Positions 12,316-24,650 are shown, counted from the stretch's first letter. The stretch: DNA of 64,000 nt from Pecten maximus (GCF_902652985.1 NC_047020.1:3596001-3660000), one strand, 5' to 3'. A program made the numbers and translations. Notes: a model not told the origin generated them from the letters alone.

Positions 12316-12574
12316 AGTCTTCTTTGTGTCATGTCAACTGTCACTTTTGTTAATAACACAGAAAACAAGAATGTACAATTGTATACAAATTTATTATCAT
12401 AACAGTACAGTTTTACATATTTCAAGGGAATATGAAAGTCATATTAATAAAAAAATATCTTAAAAAGTCACTTATAAACTAATTAACTTATCAAATAAGA
12501 ATTAACTCTGTATTTCTAAGATGGCAATGGTATGGAAACAATTACTGTCAATACTGAATTGTTATGTAGTGGAT

Positions 12575-14577
12575 GGCTCAGAGACAAAAGTTAACCACTG
12601 TGGTGGCCCCACGAGTTAAAGTTTACCACTCTAGTGACTCTGATGAGTCACAAGTTAACTACTGTAGTGGCGCCAAGTCACAAATTAACTATTGTAGTGA
12701 CTCTGAGTCACAAGTTAACTATTGTAGTGACTCTGAGTCACAAGTTAACTACTGTAGTGGCTCTGAGTCACAAGCTAACTATTGTAGTGACTCTGAGTCA
12801 CAAGTTAACCATTGTAGTGACTCTGAGCCACAAGTTAACTACTGTAGTGACTCTGAGGCACAAGTTAACTATTGTAGTGACTCTGAGTCACAAGTTAACT
12901 ACTGTAGTGGCTCTGAGTCACAAGCTAACTATTGTAGTGACTCTGAGTCACAAGTTAACCATTGTTGTGACTCTGAGTCACAAGTTAACTACTGAAGTGA
13001 CTCTGAGGCACAAGTTAACTATTGTAGTGACTCTGAGTCACAAGTTAACTATTGTAGTGACTGAGTCACAAGTTAACTATTGTAGTGACTGAGTCACAAG
13101 TTAACTATTGTAGTGGCTCGGAGTCACAAGTTAACTATTGTAGTGACTGAGTCACAAGTTAACTATTGTAGTGACTGAGTCACAAGTTAACTATTGTAGT
13201 GACTCGGAGTCACAAGTTAACTATTGTAGTGACTCTGAGTCACAAGTTAACTATTGAAGTGACTGAGTCACAAGTTAACTATTGTAGTGACTCTGAGTCA
13301 CAAGTTAACTATTGTAGTGACTGAGTCACAAGTTAACTATTGTAGTGACCCTGAGTCACAAGTTAACTATTGTAGTGACTCGGAGTCACAAGTTAACTAT
13401 TGTAGTGACTCTGAGTCACAAGTTAACTATTGTAGTGACTGAGTCACAAGTTAACTATTGTAGTGGCTCGGAGTCACAAGTTAACTATTGTAGTGACTCT
13501 GAGGCACAAGTTAACTATTGTAGTGACTCTGAGTCACAAATTAACTATTGTAGTGACTGAGTCACAAGTTAACTATTGTAGTGACTGAGTCACAAGTTAA
13601 CTATTGTAGTGACTGAGTCACAAGTTAACTATTGTAGTGGCTCGGAGTCACAAGTTAACTATTGTAGTGACTGAGTCACAAGTTAACTATTGTAGTGACT
13701 GAGTCACAAGTTAACTATTGTAGTGACTGAGTCACAAGTTAACTATTGTAGTGACTCTGAGGCACAAGTTAACTATTGTAGTGACTCTGAGTCACAAGTT
13801 AACTACTGTAGTGGCTCTGAGTCACAAGCTAACTATTGTAGTGACTCTGAGTCACAAGTTAACCATTGTTGTGACTCTGAGTCACAAGTTAACTACTGTA
13901 GTGACTCTGAGGCACAAGTTAACTATTGTAGTGACTCTGAGTCACAAGTTAACTATTGTAGTGACTGAGTCACAAGTTAACTATTGTAGTGACTGAGTCA
14001 CAAGTTAACTATTGTAGTGACTGAGTCACAAGTTAACTATTGTAGTGGCTCGGAGTCACAAGTTAACTATTGTAGTGACTGAGTCACAAGTTAACTATTG
14101 TAGTGACCCTGAGTCACAAGTTAACTATTGTAGTGACTCGGAGTCACAAGTTAACTATTGTAGTGACTCTGAGTCACAAGTTAACTATTGTAGTGGCTCG
14201 GAGTCACAAGTTAACTATTGTAGTGACTGAGTCACAAGTTAACTATTGTAGTGACTCTGAGTCACAAGTTAACTATTGTAGTGACTGAGTCACAAATTAA
14301 CTATTGTAGTGACCCTGAGTCACAAGTTAACTATTGTAGTGACTCGGAGTCACAAGTTAACTACTGTAGGGACTCTTGAGTCACAAGTTAACTATTGTAG
14401 TGACTGAGTCACAAGTTCACCATTGTAGTGACTGAGTCACAAGTTAACTACTGTAGTGACTCTGAGTCACAAGTTCACTACTGTAGTGACTCTGTGTCAC
14501 AAGTTAACTTTTGTAGTGACTCTTGAGTCACAAGTTCACCATTGTAGTGACTCGGAGTCACAAGTTCACCACTGTAA
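12575..14577. repeat. Minisatellite, 30/28-bp unit, ~65 copies
   Basis: gagtcacaagttaactattgtagtgact(ct); contains the dyad gtgact..agtcac and TGAGTCA. Confidence 0.95.
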
Positions 14578-15007
14578 TGTTATCAACTCCTGACAGGTTT
14601 GGTGTATGGAGAATCCATCACCTATACATTTACCAATCCCAAAACAAACACACAACACCCTACAGAAGGTTATAGTATACATCTACCAAACAATACATTG
14701 TTTTCTATATCTACTCGACCTCAAGGGCTCGCGATCTTACCAAGGGACTAACCTTTGAGTTAACGATTCTTACATGAAAACTGTGGCACCTGTATAGTAT
14801 ACATAGTTTATTGCACAAGTAAAAAAAAAGGCACAGTTCTAATGTGAGGTGGTTTGTGGTAGGTGTACCTCTGTAACAGTGTTACTTCTCATGGCAGGAA
14901 GTCATGGTAGATCATATCTATCGTAAGTAATTTGGCTATGTGACAGTTTTCATTTCAGAATTAATAATCCTTGGGGATCAGGAACATGCGTACATCATAA
15001 CATTTTT

Positions 15008-15311
15008 AACAAGAGATCCCCGAGGGATCTTGGCGCCCACCACTGAATGATCTATATCAGTCAAATAATTGACCTATCTTTGATCTTATTTTACCTTCTT
15101 TCACTCTTCTTTAAAAACATTTATTAACTTTATATCTTTATATGACACTATATAGCAGGAGCAACCAACAATTGTCAAATCTCATTATTACTTTCTGAGA
15201 AATATAACGGTAAAAAGAATTGTTTACGGAGGTACTGAGGGATGGAGGGACAACGACCATGGACGCACAGCGATTTGAATAGTGCACCATCTGATGATGG
15301 TGGGCTTAAAA
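15008..15311 (+). mobile_element. Helentron-associated non-autonomous element (HINE/pearl-like)
   Basis: 5' aacaagag with hairpin agatccc-cga-gggatct; subterminal IR gcccacca (15035) / tggtgggc (15298); 3' stem-loop caccatc-tgat-gatggtg then aaaa; degenerate acgg/gacg microsatellite before the 3' end. Confidence 0.65.
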
Positions 15312-15860
15312 TACCAGTAAAAACATAATAAAAAATCTAAAAACAAATCTGAATAAAAGCATTGTATACCTGGTAATTGTTATACAATTACTGTGTACCT
15401 GGTAATTATAATACAATCATTAATTGTGTACCTGGTAATTGTTATATAATCAATGTACCTGGTACATTCCATTATTACACATTATTCCATTAGATTTAGA
15501 TCCGTACAGGTACTGTATACAAAGTAAAATAGCGACAAAAGTAGACACAATACTGTTAGACTGAAGGTCTCTTTAGACAGGTTATATGTACACTGTACCA
15601 TTAATGTTAGACTGAAGGTCTTGTTAGACAGGTTATATGTACCATTAATTGCCACAAACTACCTGGAGGCTGTGTTGTGTATCCATGTTTCCTTTTGGTT
15701 TTTAAACCTTCTTCTGGCTATTACGTCTACCGGTTGATTTTTTTTATTAAATTTAACTTGAAAACTTTTGCTGATAAAGTACATAACATTAAAAATTTCA
15801 TTCTTTTCCTGATCAACATTTAATGTTGAACATTAATTTTGCATCCAAAATTCAAGTATT

Positions 15861-16056
15861 CTGGACCATCTGGATCAACGTCCTGGACCATCTGGATCAA
15901 CATCCTGGACCATCTGGATCAACGTCCTGGACTATCTGGATCAACATCCTGGACCATCTGGATCAACGTCCTGGACCATCTGGATCAACATCCTGGACCA
16001 TCTGGATCAACATCCTGGACCATCTGGATCAACGTCCTGGACCATCTGGATCAACA
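15861..16056. repeat. Minisatellite, 22-bp unit, ~9 copies (probably in the C4orf33 3' UTR)
   Basis: ctggaccatctggatcaac(g/a)tc; lies between the stop codon (16244) and a minus-strand AATAAA at ~15748-15743. Confidence 0.9.
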
Positions 16057-16243
16057 CCATTCCACCAGTTTTCCAGACATCTCCATCTTAAACACTCCTT
16101 CACCAACAAAGTTCATCACATTATAAACACGTGATTAAACTGTCTGAGTCTTTACATCCTTGGATCTCATCATTTCTCCTCATCACCTTCTTTTGTGACC
16201 TTGACCTCCACTAGACCTTGACCTCTACCAGACCCTGACCTCA

Positions 16244-16373
16244 CTAGACCTTCAGTTTGTTGGACTGTGAGAGGGCTTTGACTTCATCCCAAAGATCCGA
16301 TTTGTACTCGTCGGAGTAGAGTGATGGCAGTAAGTCCTTCAGGTCAATCTTCTCAAACACGGATAAGTTGTGA
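16244..16373 (-). CDS. C4orf33: C4orf33 homologue, last coding exon
   Basis: FHNLSVFEKIDLKDLLPSLYSDEYKSDLWDEVKALSQSNKLKV* with TAG at 16246-16244. Total CDS 1233 nt = 410 aa. Confidence 0.9.
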
Positions 16374-16540
16374 CTGTGAGGTATGATAAATCACACTCAT
16401 TATCATGTATAACATTTTGATATTGAGCTATGTAATTACTTTGTGTTATATAAAGAAAAATTCATGCTTTCCACTATATGAGGAAGCATAAGTACAATTA
16501 ATTTACAAATCTGAACATGTTTTAAGCATAATCTACTTAC

Positions 16541-16734
16541 AAATCTGGTTGTTTAGCGGAGCCTGCTGGTACAGGATACAAGGCCTCGTACACACGGTCT
16601 GGCTCACTACCATGGATAGCAAAGGCATTGAACTTTGTCACACCTCGGGGAAAGTAACTAACAGGGAATACCGCCTCACCGATCCATCGCCCGCTACCCT
16701 GGACAGCCACTTTGTACTGACAGGGCAACTCTTT
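16541..16734 (-). CDS. C4orf33: C4orf33 homologue, coding exon 8
   Basis: KELPCQY...YFPRGVTKFNAFAIHGSEPDRVYEALYPVPAGSAKQPD; AG/GT boundaries. Confidence 0.92.
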
Positions 16735-16994
16735 CTGTATAGCCAAAATTTTAAAATCAAATGTAACTATATTTATGACAATAGTTCACACATCTAAATA
16801 AGCATATAAACTTTAATTACCTCAACAGCTTTTATATTCAATAAAAAAAGTATCTATGCAAGCTTGGATATCAAGCATTTTTAAAGCTAATTGAATTTTG
16901 ACAGATTTATTCTTGGAATCACAATGTAAAAATAAAACCTAGTTTACTCAGCTCCGAGTTTACACAATAGATGTAGCTTGTTGATACTGTTTAC

Positions 16995-17046
16995 CTTAAC
17001 TATATTTCTCACTCCACTCAGAAGCAGATTCAAATGTTGTCCATGT
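16995..17046 (-). CDS. C4orf33: C4orf33 homologue, coding exon 7 (52 nt)
   Basis: (P)HGQHLNLLLSGVRNIVK; AG/GT boundaries. Confidence 0.9.
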
Positions 17047-17128
17047 CTGAAAAAATATATGAAGACAACATATTAATAAATATAAGCACTCATCAATACT
17101 CCCCCAAGACTGTGTAACCATGTACTCA

Positions 17129-17443
17129 CTATTAAGGTATATCTATATGGCTATTAAGGTATATCTATATGGCTATTAAGGTATATCTTTACGGCTATTA
17201 AGGTATATCTATACGGCTATTAAGGTATATCTGTATGGCTATTAAGGTATATCTATACGGCTATTAAGGTATATCTATATGGCTATTAAGGTATATCTAT
17301 ATGGCTATTAAGGTATATCTATATGGCTATTAAGGTATATCTATATGGCTATTAAGGTATATCTATATGGCTATCAAGGTATATCTATATGGCTATTAAG
17401 GTATATCTATATGACTATTAAGGTATATCTATATGACTATCAA
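17129..17443. repeat. Intronic minisatellite, 22-bp unit, ~14 copies
   Basis: tattaaggtatatctatatggc. Confidence 0.95.
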
Positions 17444-17546
17444 TGTGTACATGTGTTAAAACACATTTTTAATTGAAAAGTTTCAATGTCATATTTCATC
17501 AAAAATTAAGTACAATGTAATTATACACAAATTAAGTCATTAAGTC

Positions 17547-18101
17547 GTGATAGTGAGAATAAGTCACAAAGTCTTGATACTGAGAATAAGTCACTATGTC
17601 TTGATAGTGAGAATAAGTCACAAAGTCTTGATACTGAGAATAAGTCACAATGTCTTGATACTGAGAATAAGTCACAAAGTCTTGTTACTGAGAATAAGTC
17701 ACAATGTCTTGTTACTGAGAATAAGTCACAATGTATTGATACTGAGAATAAGTCACAAAGTCTTGATACTGAGAATAAGTCACAAAGTCTTGTTACTGAG
17801 AATAAGTCACAAAGTCTTCATACTGAGAATAAGTCACGAAGTCTTGATACTGAGAATAACCCACAAAGTCTTGATACTGAGAATAAGTCACAAAGTCTTG
17901 ATACTGAGAATAAGTCACAAAGTCTTGATACTGAGAATAAGTCACAAAGTCTTCATACTGAGAATAAGTCACAAAGTCTTCATACTGAGAATAAGTCACA
18001 AAGCCTTCATACTGAGAATAAGTCACAAAGTCTTGATACTGAGAATAAGTCACAAAGTCTAGATACTGAGAATAAGTCACAAAGTCTTGATACTGAGAAT
18101 A
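17547..18101. repeat. Intronic minisatellite, 27-bp unit, ~20 copies
   Basis: tgagaataagtcacaaagtcttgatac. Confidence 0.95.
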
Positions 18102-18341
18102 GCTACTAAGAGTAGACACAAAAATGTAAACAGAAGGTGTTGATAGCCTTTATCTATCATCTTGATGATGTTCAAAATTCTGTTTGCTCTTACTTACCAG
18201 GAAAACCGAGACATCTGATTCACATTGAGAATTATAATTTATTGTTCAAACTTGTATAAACTTTGAAAGGTCTTACGTGTGATGAGAGTTCTAATATATT
18301 GTTCTAACTTGATCTGAACCCTAATCAGACATTTTACTTAC

Positions 18342-18399
18342 GGTGAGAGTTCTATTTCCAGATAGTCACCATCATCATTCAGGAAGAAGGCTTCAACAA
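18342..18399 (-). CDS. C4orf33: C4orf33 homologue, coding exon 6 (58 nt)
   Basis: VVEAFFLNDDGDYLEIELSP; AG/GT boundaries. Confidence 0.92.
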
Positions 18400-18772
18400 C
18401 TGGAAAGGGGAGATAATCAATATTGCCATTAACTTGGTTTATCATTGTTATCTGATCACAGGGAGGTAATATATCCCAGGTGAAGCACCAGGACAGGTAC
18501 TCCAGTCATACTGTCATTATTAAGTGTTGAGGTTTGTATCACATTAAAATGAAAAAAAAAAATAAATGAAATCAATTAATTTTTCAATATCCTTTAATTT
18601 TGTTTTGTAATCCAGCCTTGAAATTGCATATTTTCTAGGGAGATAACCATTATTTCACTCTAAAAACAAAATTTGGAATATAGAGTGATTCATCAGGGAA
18701 ATACATGTATGTAACAGGTAAGTGTAACGGTACACTATCTAAAGTTATTGATACTGAGATGGGCATAATCAC

Positions 18773-19074
18773 CTTCATGGTTCCACAGCTCCCAGCATGC
18801 AGTACCCGGCTCTGTAGAAGGTACAGGCTTGTCATCAAAGAATTCAGCATCAACACTGATACGTAATGAGTTCCCGTCATCGGTGGAGGTCAGCGTCAGT
18901 TTGGCCGGGCGGTACTTGATCCCGAGTGGTTCACCGTTCCAGGTCGTATTGATGCAGAAGGTCAAGGACTTTTCACTGAGAATCTCGTCCCACAGCTCTG
19001 ACTTGTACTGGTCAGTGTAGTTATTAGGGAGGATGCTCCGCATGTCAATCGGCTCAAAAACAGATAGGTTATGG
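18773..19074 (-). CDS. C4orf33: C4orf33 homologue, coding exon 5 (end of domain A fused to start of domain B)
   Basis: FHNLSVFEPIDMRSILP...YKSELWDEILSEK, then SLTFCINTTWNG...VDAEFFDDKPVP...CWELWNHE; AG/GT boundaries, phase 2-1. Confidence 0.9.
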
Positions 19075-19179
19075 CTGGAAGAGAGTCAGAATTCAAATGT
19101 TTAGAGCTGTTCTCAAGATTTACTGGAAATTTATTGTATTGTATCTTAACTAGAATGTATTGAACATCTTTTTTTCTTT

Positions 19180-20242
19180 CATTGTCTCATCAATAAGTGT
19201 TTTTGTATCTAGATACCAGTCATGGTCTCATCAATAAGTGTTTTTGTATCTAGATACCAGTCATGGTCTCATCAATAAGTGTTTTTGTATCTAGATACCA
19301 GTCATGGTCTCATCAATAAGTGTTTTTGTATCTAGATACCAGTCATGGTCTCATCAATAAGTGTTTTTGTATCTAGATACCAGTCATGGTCTCATCAATA
19401 AGTTTGTAATTAGATACCAGTCATGGTCTCATCAATAGGTGTTTTTGTATTTAGATACCAGTCATGGTCTCATCAATAAGTGTTTTTGTATTTAGATACC
19501 AGTCATGGTCTCATCAATAGGTGTTTTTGTATTTAGATACCAGTCATGGTCTCATCAATAAGTGTTTTTGTATTTAGATACCAGTCATGGTCTCATCAAT
19601 AGGTGTTTTTGTATTTAGATACCAGTCATGGTCTCATCAATAAGTGTTTTTGTATCTAGATACCAGTCATGGTCTCATCAATAAGTGTTTTTGTATTTAG
19701 ATACCAGTCATGGTCTCATCAATAGGTGTTTTTGTATCTAGATACCAGTCATGGTCTCATCAATAAGTGTTTTTGTATCTAGATACCAGTCATGGTCTCA
19801 TCAATAGGTGTTTTTGTATTTAGATACCAGTCATGGTCTCATCAATAGGTGTTTTTGTATCTAGATACCAGTCATGGTCTCATCAATAGGTGTTTTTGTA
19901 TTTAGATACCAGTCATGGTCTCATCAATAAGTGTTTTTGTATTTAGATACCAGTCATAGTCTCATCAATAGGTGTTTTTGTATCTAGATACCAGTCATGG
20001 TCACATCAATAGGTGTTTTTGTATCTAGATACCAGTCATGGTCACATCAATAAGTGTTTTTGTATCTAGATACCAGTCATGGTCTCATCAATAAGTGTTT
20101 TTGTATCTAGATACCAGTCATGGTCTCATCAATAGGTGTTTTTGTATCTAGATACCAGTCATGGTCTCATCAATAGGTGTTTTTGTATTTAGATACCAGT
20201 CATGGTCTCATCAATAGGTGTTTTTGTATTTAGATACCAGTC
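19180..20242. repeat. Intronic minisatellite, 41-bp unit, ~26 copies
   Basis: agataccagtcatggtctcatcaataagtgtttttgtatct. Confidence 0.95.
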
Positions 20243-20364
20243 CTAGTAAACATCCAGTACGTTAATACTGATGTATATCTACTGACAAACTACATCAATG
20301 ACTGATGTGATATCATTGTAATATTGACATGATGTGATTGTATTATTTCAAGAAAATCACATAC

Positions 20365-20555
20365 AAGTATGGAAGCTCAAATTTGCCAGTAGGAACTGGA
20401 TAAAGGGCCTCGTAGACCCTGTTTGGCTGGGGGCCGTGCATCGCAAACGCATTAAACTTGGTGACACACTTTGGGAAGTAAGCAGCAGGAAACACTGCGT
20501 CACCCATCCATCTGTTACCTTGGATACTGGCTGTGAATGTGCATGGCAACTCTTT
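20365..20555 (-). CDS. C4orf33: C4orf33 homologue, coding exon 4
   Basis: KELPC...YFPKCVTKFNAFAMHG...RVYEALYPVP; AG/GT boundaries, phase 0-2. Confidence 0.92.
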
Positions 20556-20679
20556 CTGCAAATAAAGCACAGAAAAAATAAATATTGACAAATTGTCTGA
20601 TTAAATATCAAACATTTATTTATAGATATCAGATTTTTTAGATCAGATCTCTAAAGGGGTTATCATAAAATATCCTTAC

Positions 20680-20731
20680 CCTTACTAAGTTCATCTCACC
20701 ATGAAGAACAAGATTGAAGTGTTGTCCATAC
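20680..20731 (-). CDS. C4orf33: C4orf33 homologue, coding exon 3 (52 nt)
   Basis: (P)YGQHFNLVLHGEMNLVR; AG/GT boundaries, phase 2-0. Confidence 0.88.
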
Positions 20732-20760
20732 CTAAAAATGAATAAAGATTATAAGACTCT

Positions 20761-21478
20761 ATCAAATGTGGTCATGTAGGATAGGGATATTCCACCCGAG
20801 GGGCACAAAATGTGGTAAAACACGAGGCTCTGCCGAGGGTTTTACCACATTTTGTGACCCAGAGGGTGAAATATCCCTATCCTACATGAACCACATATGA
20901 TTGAGTATTTTTCTCTCATTCCCCAACCTAAAATATACAAAAATAGGCACTATCTGTCGATAGCTTTCTCAGATAGACGCCATTTTTTCTCAATCCAAAC
21001 TTTTTTTCTACTACATATAATAAAAAAAGAACAGCGCCAATGATTTTCCATACCCCATATATGCAAACAACGTTTGCTGTTCTAAAAACGAAGGAAACCA
21101 TTCATTTCCACAGTCTAACGTTGTTTCAGCAGCCCTGTCATTGCAAGCGAAGCCAAATCACTTGATGTCGGCCAAGCTAGTGTGTCCTTTCGCGTGAAAA
21201 TATAGTTCCATGTTTTATTAATAAAAAACAATAAAAGAACGTGTTTTTTTTACATAATTTGTATCATAAATTAAAAAAAATATTATCTGATTACATATCT
21301 TAATTCAATGTATTGTTGAAATGTTTATAGATAGATCTACTTTTGGTTCGGCGACCTACTTTTGTATCATTGCGCGCGCATGGCTATCCTACACCGGAAG
21401 CGAGGTAATACACACACAGCAAGCATGGGTGTATTTACCTGGACAGACCAGTATGATACAGGTAGGGATGAGAGAAAT
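20761..21478. mobile_element. Non-autonomous hairpin-ended element (possibly Crypton-like)
   Basis: ~140-bp hairpin 20761-20901 with loop cgaggctctgccgag, followed by tttctctcattccc whose inverted copy gggatgagagaaa closes the element at 21465-21477. No ORF. Confidence 0.65.
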
Positions 21479-21506
21479 GTTCATATTGTACAGCTCAACA
21501 CTCATC

Positions 21507-22314
21507 CACAGAACTACCTCAGACAATCTGGAAACATCACAGAACTACCTCAGACAATCTGGGAACACCACAGAACTACCTCAGACAATCTGGAAACATC
21601 ACAGAACTACCTCAGACAATCTGGAAACATCACAGAACTACCTCAGACAATCTGGAAACATCACAGAACTACCTCAGACAATCTGGAAACATCACAGAAC
21701 TATCTCAGACAATCTGGAAACATCACAGAACTACCTCAGACAATCTGGAAACACCACAGACAATCTGGAAACACCACAGAACTACCTCAGACAATCTGGA
21801 AACATCACAGAACTACCTCAGACAATCTGGAAACATCACAGAACTACCTCAGACAATCTGGAAACATCACAGAACTACCTCAGACAATCTGGAAACATCA
21901 CAGAACTACCTCAGACAATCTGGAAACATCACAGAACTACCTCAGACAATCTGGGAACACCACAGAACTACCTCAGACAATCTGGAAACATCACAGAACT
22001 ATCTCAGACAATCTGGAAACATCACAGAACTACCTCAGACAATCTGGAAACACCACAGACAATCTGGAAACATCACAGAACTACCTCAGACAATCTGGAA
22101 ACACCACAGACAATCTGGAAACACCACAGAACTACCTCAGACAATCTGGAAACATCACAGAACTACCTCAGACAATCTGGAAACATCACAGAACTACCTC
22201 AGACAATCTGGAAACACCACAGAACTATCTCAGACAATCTGGAAACATCACAGAACTATTACAGACAATCTGTTACACAACAGAACTACCTCAGACAATC
22301 TAGAAACATCACAG
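21507..22314. repeat. Intronic minisatellite, 31-bp unit, ~27 copies
   Basis: cacagaactacctcagacaatctggaaacat, with occasional 20-bp deletion units. Confidence 0.95.
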
Positions 22315-22767
22315 TATAATGAGGGAATTTACCTCCACAATAAAACAATTACTGATACCCTGATAAACATGTTAATTAGATACAGACTGATACCCTGATA
22401 AAAATGTTAATTAGATACTGGAGATGTTTAACAAGATCATTAACCATCCAATAAAAGTATTAAAATGGTAAATCGCAGAGACAACACAGTGTCCACTCAG
22501 GAATTAAGGAGACAATGTCATACATACAGGTGATAGCCTAAATAATAATTTGCACTGTCAATTTATACCTTAGATCGTTCATCACACAAATCTTGTGGGT
22601 TTACTGACAATGTCTATCTCATGGAAAGCTATTATAGAAATGTAAACTTCATTGTCAAGTTGATTTTCATTTTAGAAAAAAGGAATCAGTATTGACATGA
22701 TATTATTAAAACATCTCAACTGGTTTTGTACAACTGAATTATCTCCCCTTAACCATGGTATACTTAC

Positions 22768-22825
22768 GGTGATAGCTCAATTTCCAAATAGTCATCGTTA
22801 TCATTCAGAAAGAAAGCTTCTACCA
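22768..22825 (-). CDS. C4orf33: C4orf33 homologue, coding exon 2 (58 nt)
   Basis: VVEAFFLNDNDDYLEIELSP (family motif EVVEAFFLN..YLEVEL.P); AG/GT boundaries. Confidence 0.92.
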
Positions 22826-23250
22826 CTGAAAGTATAGATATATTATTTTTACTATTATTAACATTTGATCACTGATGATATTTAAATATTCTGTGATTCC
22901 ATATTAATATGACAGCTCCATGTTTTCAGTTCCACCATTTTACCAGTCCAGAATCTCTGATTTTATCAGGCAATAAGCCTATATCGAGTAAATAAGTCCC
23001 TAGTACAGTGTGCAGCCTATCATCCAACAACTACCATACAGTATTTACCCAGCAATAACCTCATGCCAACCCATACAAGGTACATATATATTATTGTTCA
23101 GTAGAATTATCAACAACGCCATTTCATTATCTTGTAATAAGACCCTCTCCTGAATTGAGTTAGACGTTTGTTGCAAGATAAATATGTTATATATACATAT
23201 TTTTGTGGGATAAAAACATTTACCAGAAAGAAAAGAAATACAGTTCATAC

Positions 23251-23446
23251 CTTCATACAGCCATAGTTCAAAGCAGGGCTCCCCTGGTTTTCCATTTGGA
23301 GGAACAGGCTGGTCCCCAAAGAAGGGAGCGTCGACATGAATGTTAAGGTCCTCTCCATTGCTAGCAGTACTCAAGGTCATACGGACAGGATCATACTCGC
23401 CACTGAGGTTCCGTCCATCCCAAGTCTTCGTGATACAGTACTCCAT
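23251..23446 (-). CDS. C4orf33: UPF0462/C4orf33 homologue, coding exon 1 (domain A start)
   Basis: ATG at 23446; MEYCITKTWDG...VDAPFFGDQPVPPNGKPGEPCFELWLYE matches the C4orf33 N-terminus. Exon acceptor at 23488-23487, donor GTATGA at 23250. Confidence 0.9.
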
Positions 23447-23669
23447 TATAACACTGTGTGGACTATCTCAGATTTGGGTTAGGTGTCTACAGGAAATAAA
23501 AATAACCAGTTCAACTATAACAGATTAATGTAGTTAACGTACATGTAGAACATTGTAAACCACACTACACTCTCAGGAATATTGGACATGTACCGTAGGG
23601 TAAAGATGACCAAATTGAGGATCTCAACCTGTGGTTGCTACAACTTATATAGCAGAATAGCATTTTACA

Positions 23670-23999
23670 CTCTCAACCTGAGGATGAAGTTTCTAATTCT
23701 GCATCCTCCTGTGGCTCTCAACCTGAGGATGAAGTTTCTAATTCTGCATCCTCCTGTGGCTCTCAACCTGAGGATGAAGTTTCTAATTCTGCATCCTCTT
23801 GAGGCTCTCAACCTGAGGATAAAGTTTCTAATTCTGCATCCTCCTGTGGCTCTCAACCTGAGGATGAAGTTTCTAATTCTGCATCCTCCTGTGGCTCTCA
23901 ACCTGAGGATGAAGTTTCTAATTCTGCATCCTCCTGTGGCTCTCAACCTGAGGATGAAGTTTCTAATTCTGCATCCTCCTGTGGCTCTCAACCTGAGGA
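23670..23999. repeat. Minisatellite, 45-bp unit, ~7 copies
   Basis: ctctcaacctgaggatgaagtttctaattctgcatcctcctgtgg. Confidence 0.95.
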
Positions 24000-24545
24000 A
24001 GATGTGTCTTATGTTGAGGGGTCAGAGGCTATGTGTCTCTCTGAGCTTATTGTTGGAAGATCAAAAATGGGAAATAGCTATATTTGCCAACATTGCCCAT
24101 TATTTTATTCTCTATAAATGTCAGTGACTAACTATTTTGGGAGAAAACGTTTCTATGCATGTTCTCTGAATAATCTGTTTTCATTCACCGATGATGTCGG
24201 CCATTGCACTCGGCAATATCCATGTATTTTTCCTAAAACGGCCGCCCAACCATGCAGTGAACTGCATCAATGGTAGCCCGATTTTCCTCTGACCCTGACA
24301 CCACAGATAGTCTATATGATGTCAATACTAAATGGAACTCGTGCTACACGGTATCATGATCATCATATAGGCCTAGCTGTGTGATGCATGCCTATCTTCT
24401 CTTCATATAGTAAACTGTGTTACATTGTTGGGTCACAATTAGTCCGAGTTTAGGTCAGAATTTACACAATATCATCGACATGCAGTACATAAAGATTCCA
24501 TGTCATTTCGACAATAGCATGCTAACAGCACGATTTGGTAGTTAC

Positions 24546-24650
24546 CTTTCTTTTACCTGTAGGCCTAGTGTACACACCTGACCTTTGTAGTCTACCGACC
24601 GCCGACTACCGGAAATGAAAGTAGAAACATCGGTACACCGGCAAGTGAGG
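24546..24650 (-). promoter_or_regulatory. Probable non-coding first exon / promoter region of the C4orf33 homologue
   Basis: Minus-strand donors CAG|GTAAAA (24556) and AAG|GTAAC (24545), next to a CpG-richer patch with CCGGAA (ETS-like) and GACTAC motifs. The ATG exon has its own acceptor, so an upstream exon is required. Confidence 0.4.

Noticed and set aside
12573-24127. Repeat-derived ORFs (SESQVNYC, LRISHKV, SQNYLRQSGN, LNLRMKFLILHPP, WTIWINILDH)
   Set aside because: All coincide with minisatellites in introns, UTR or intergenic DNA.
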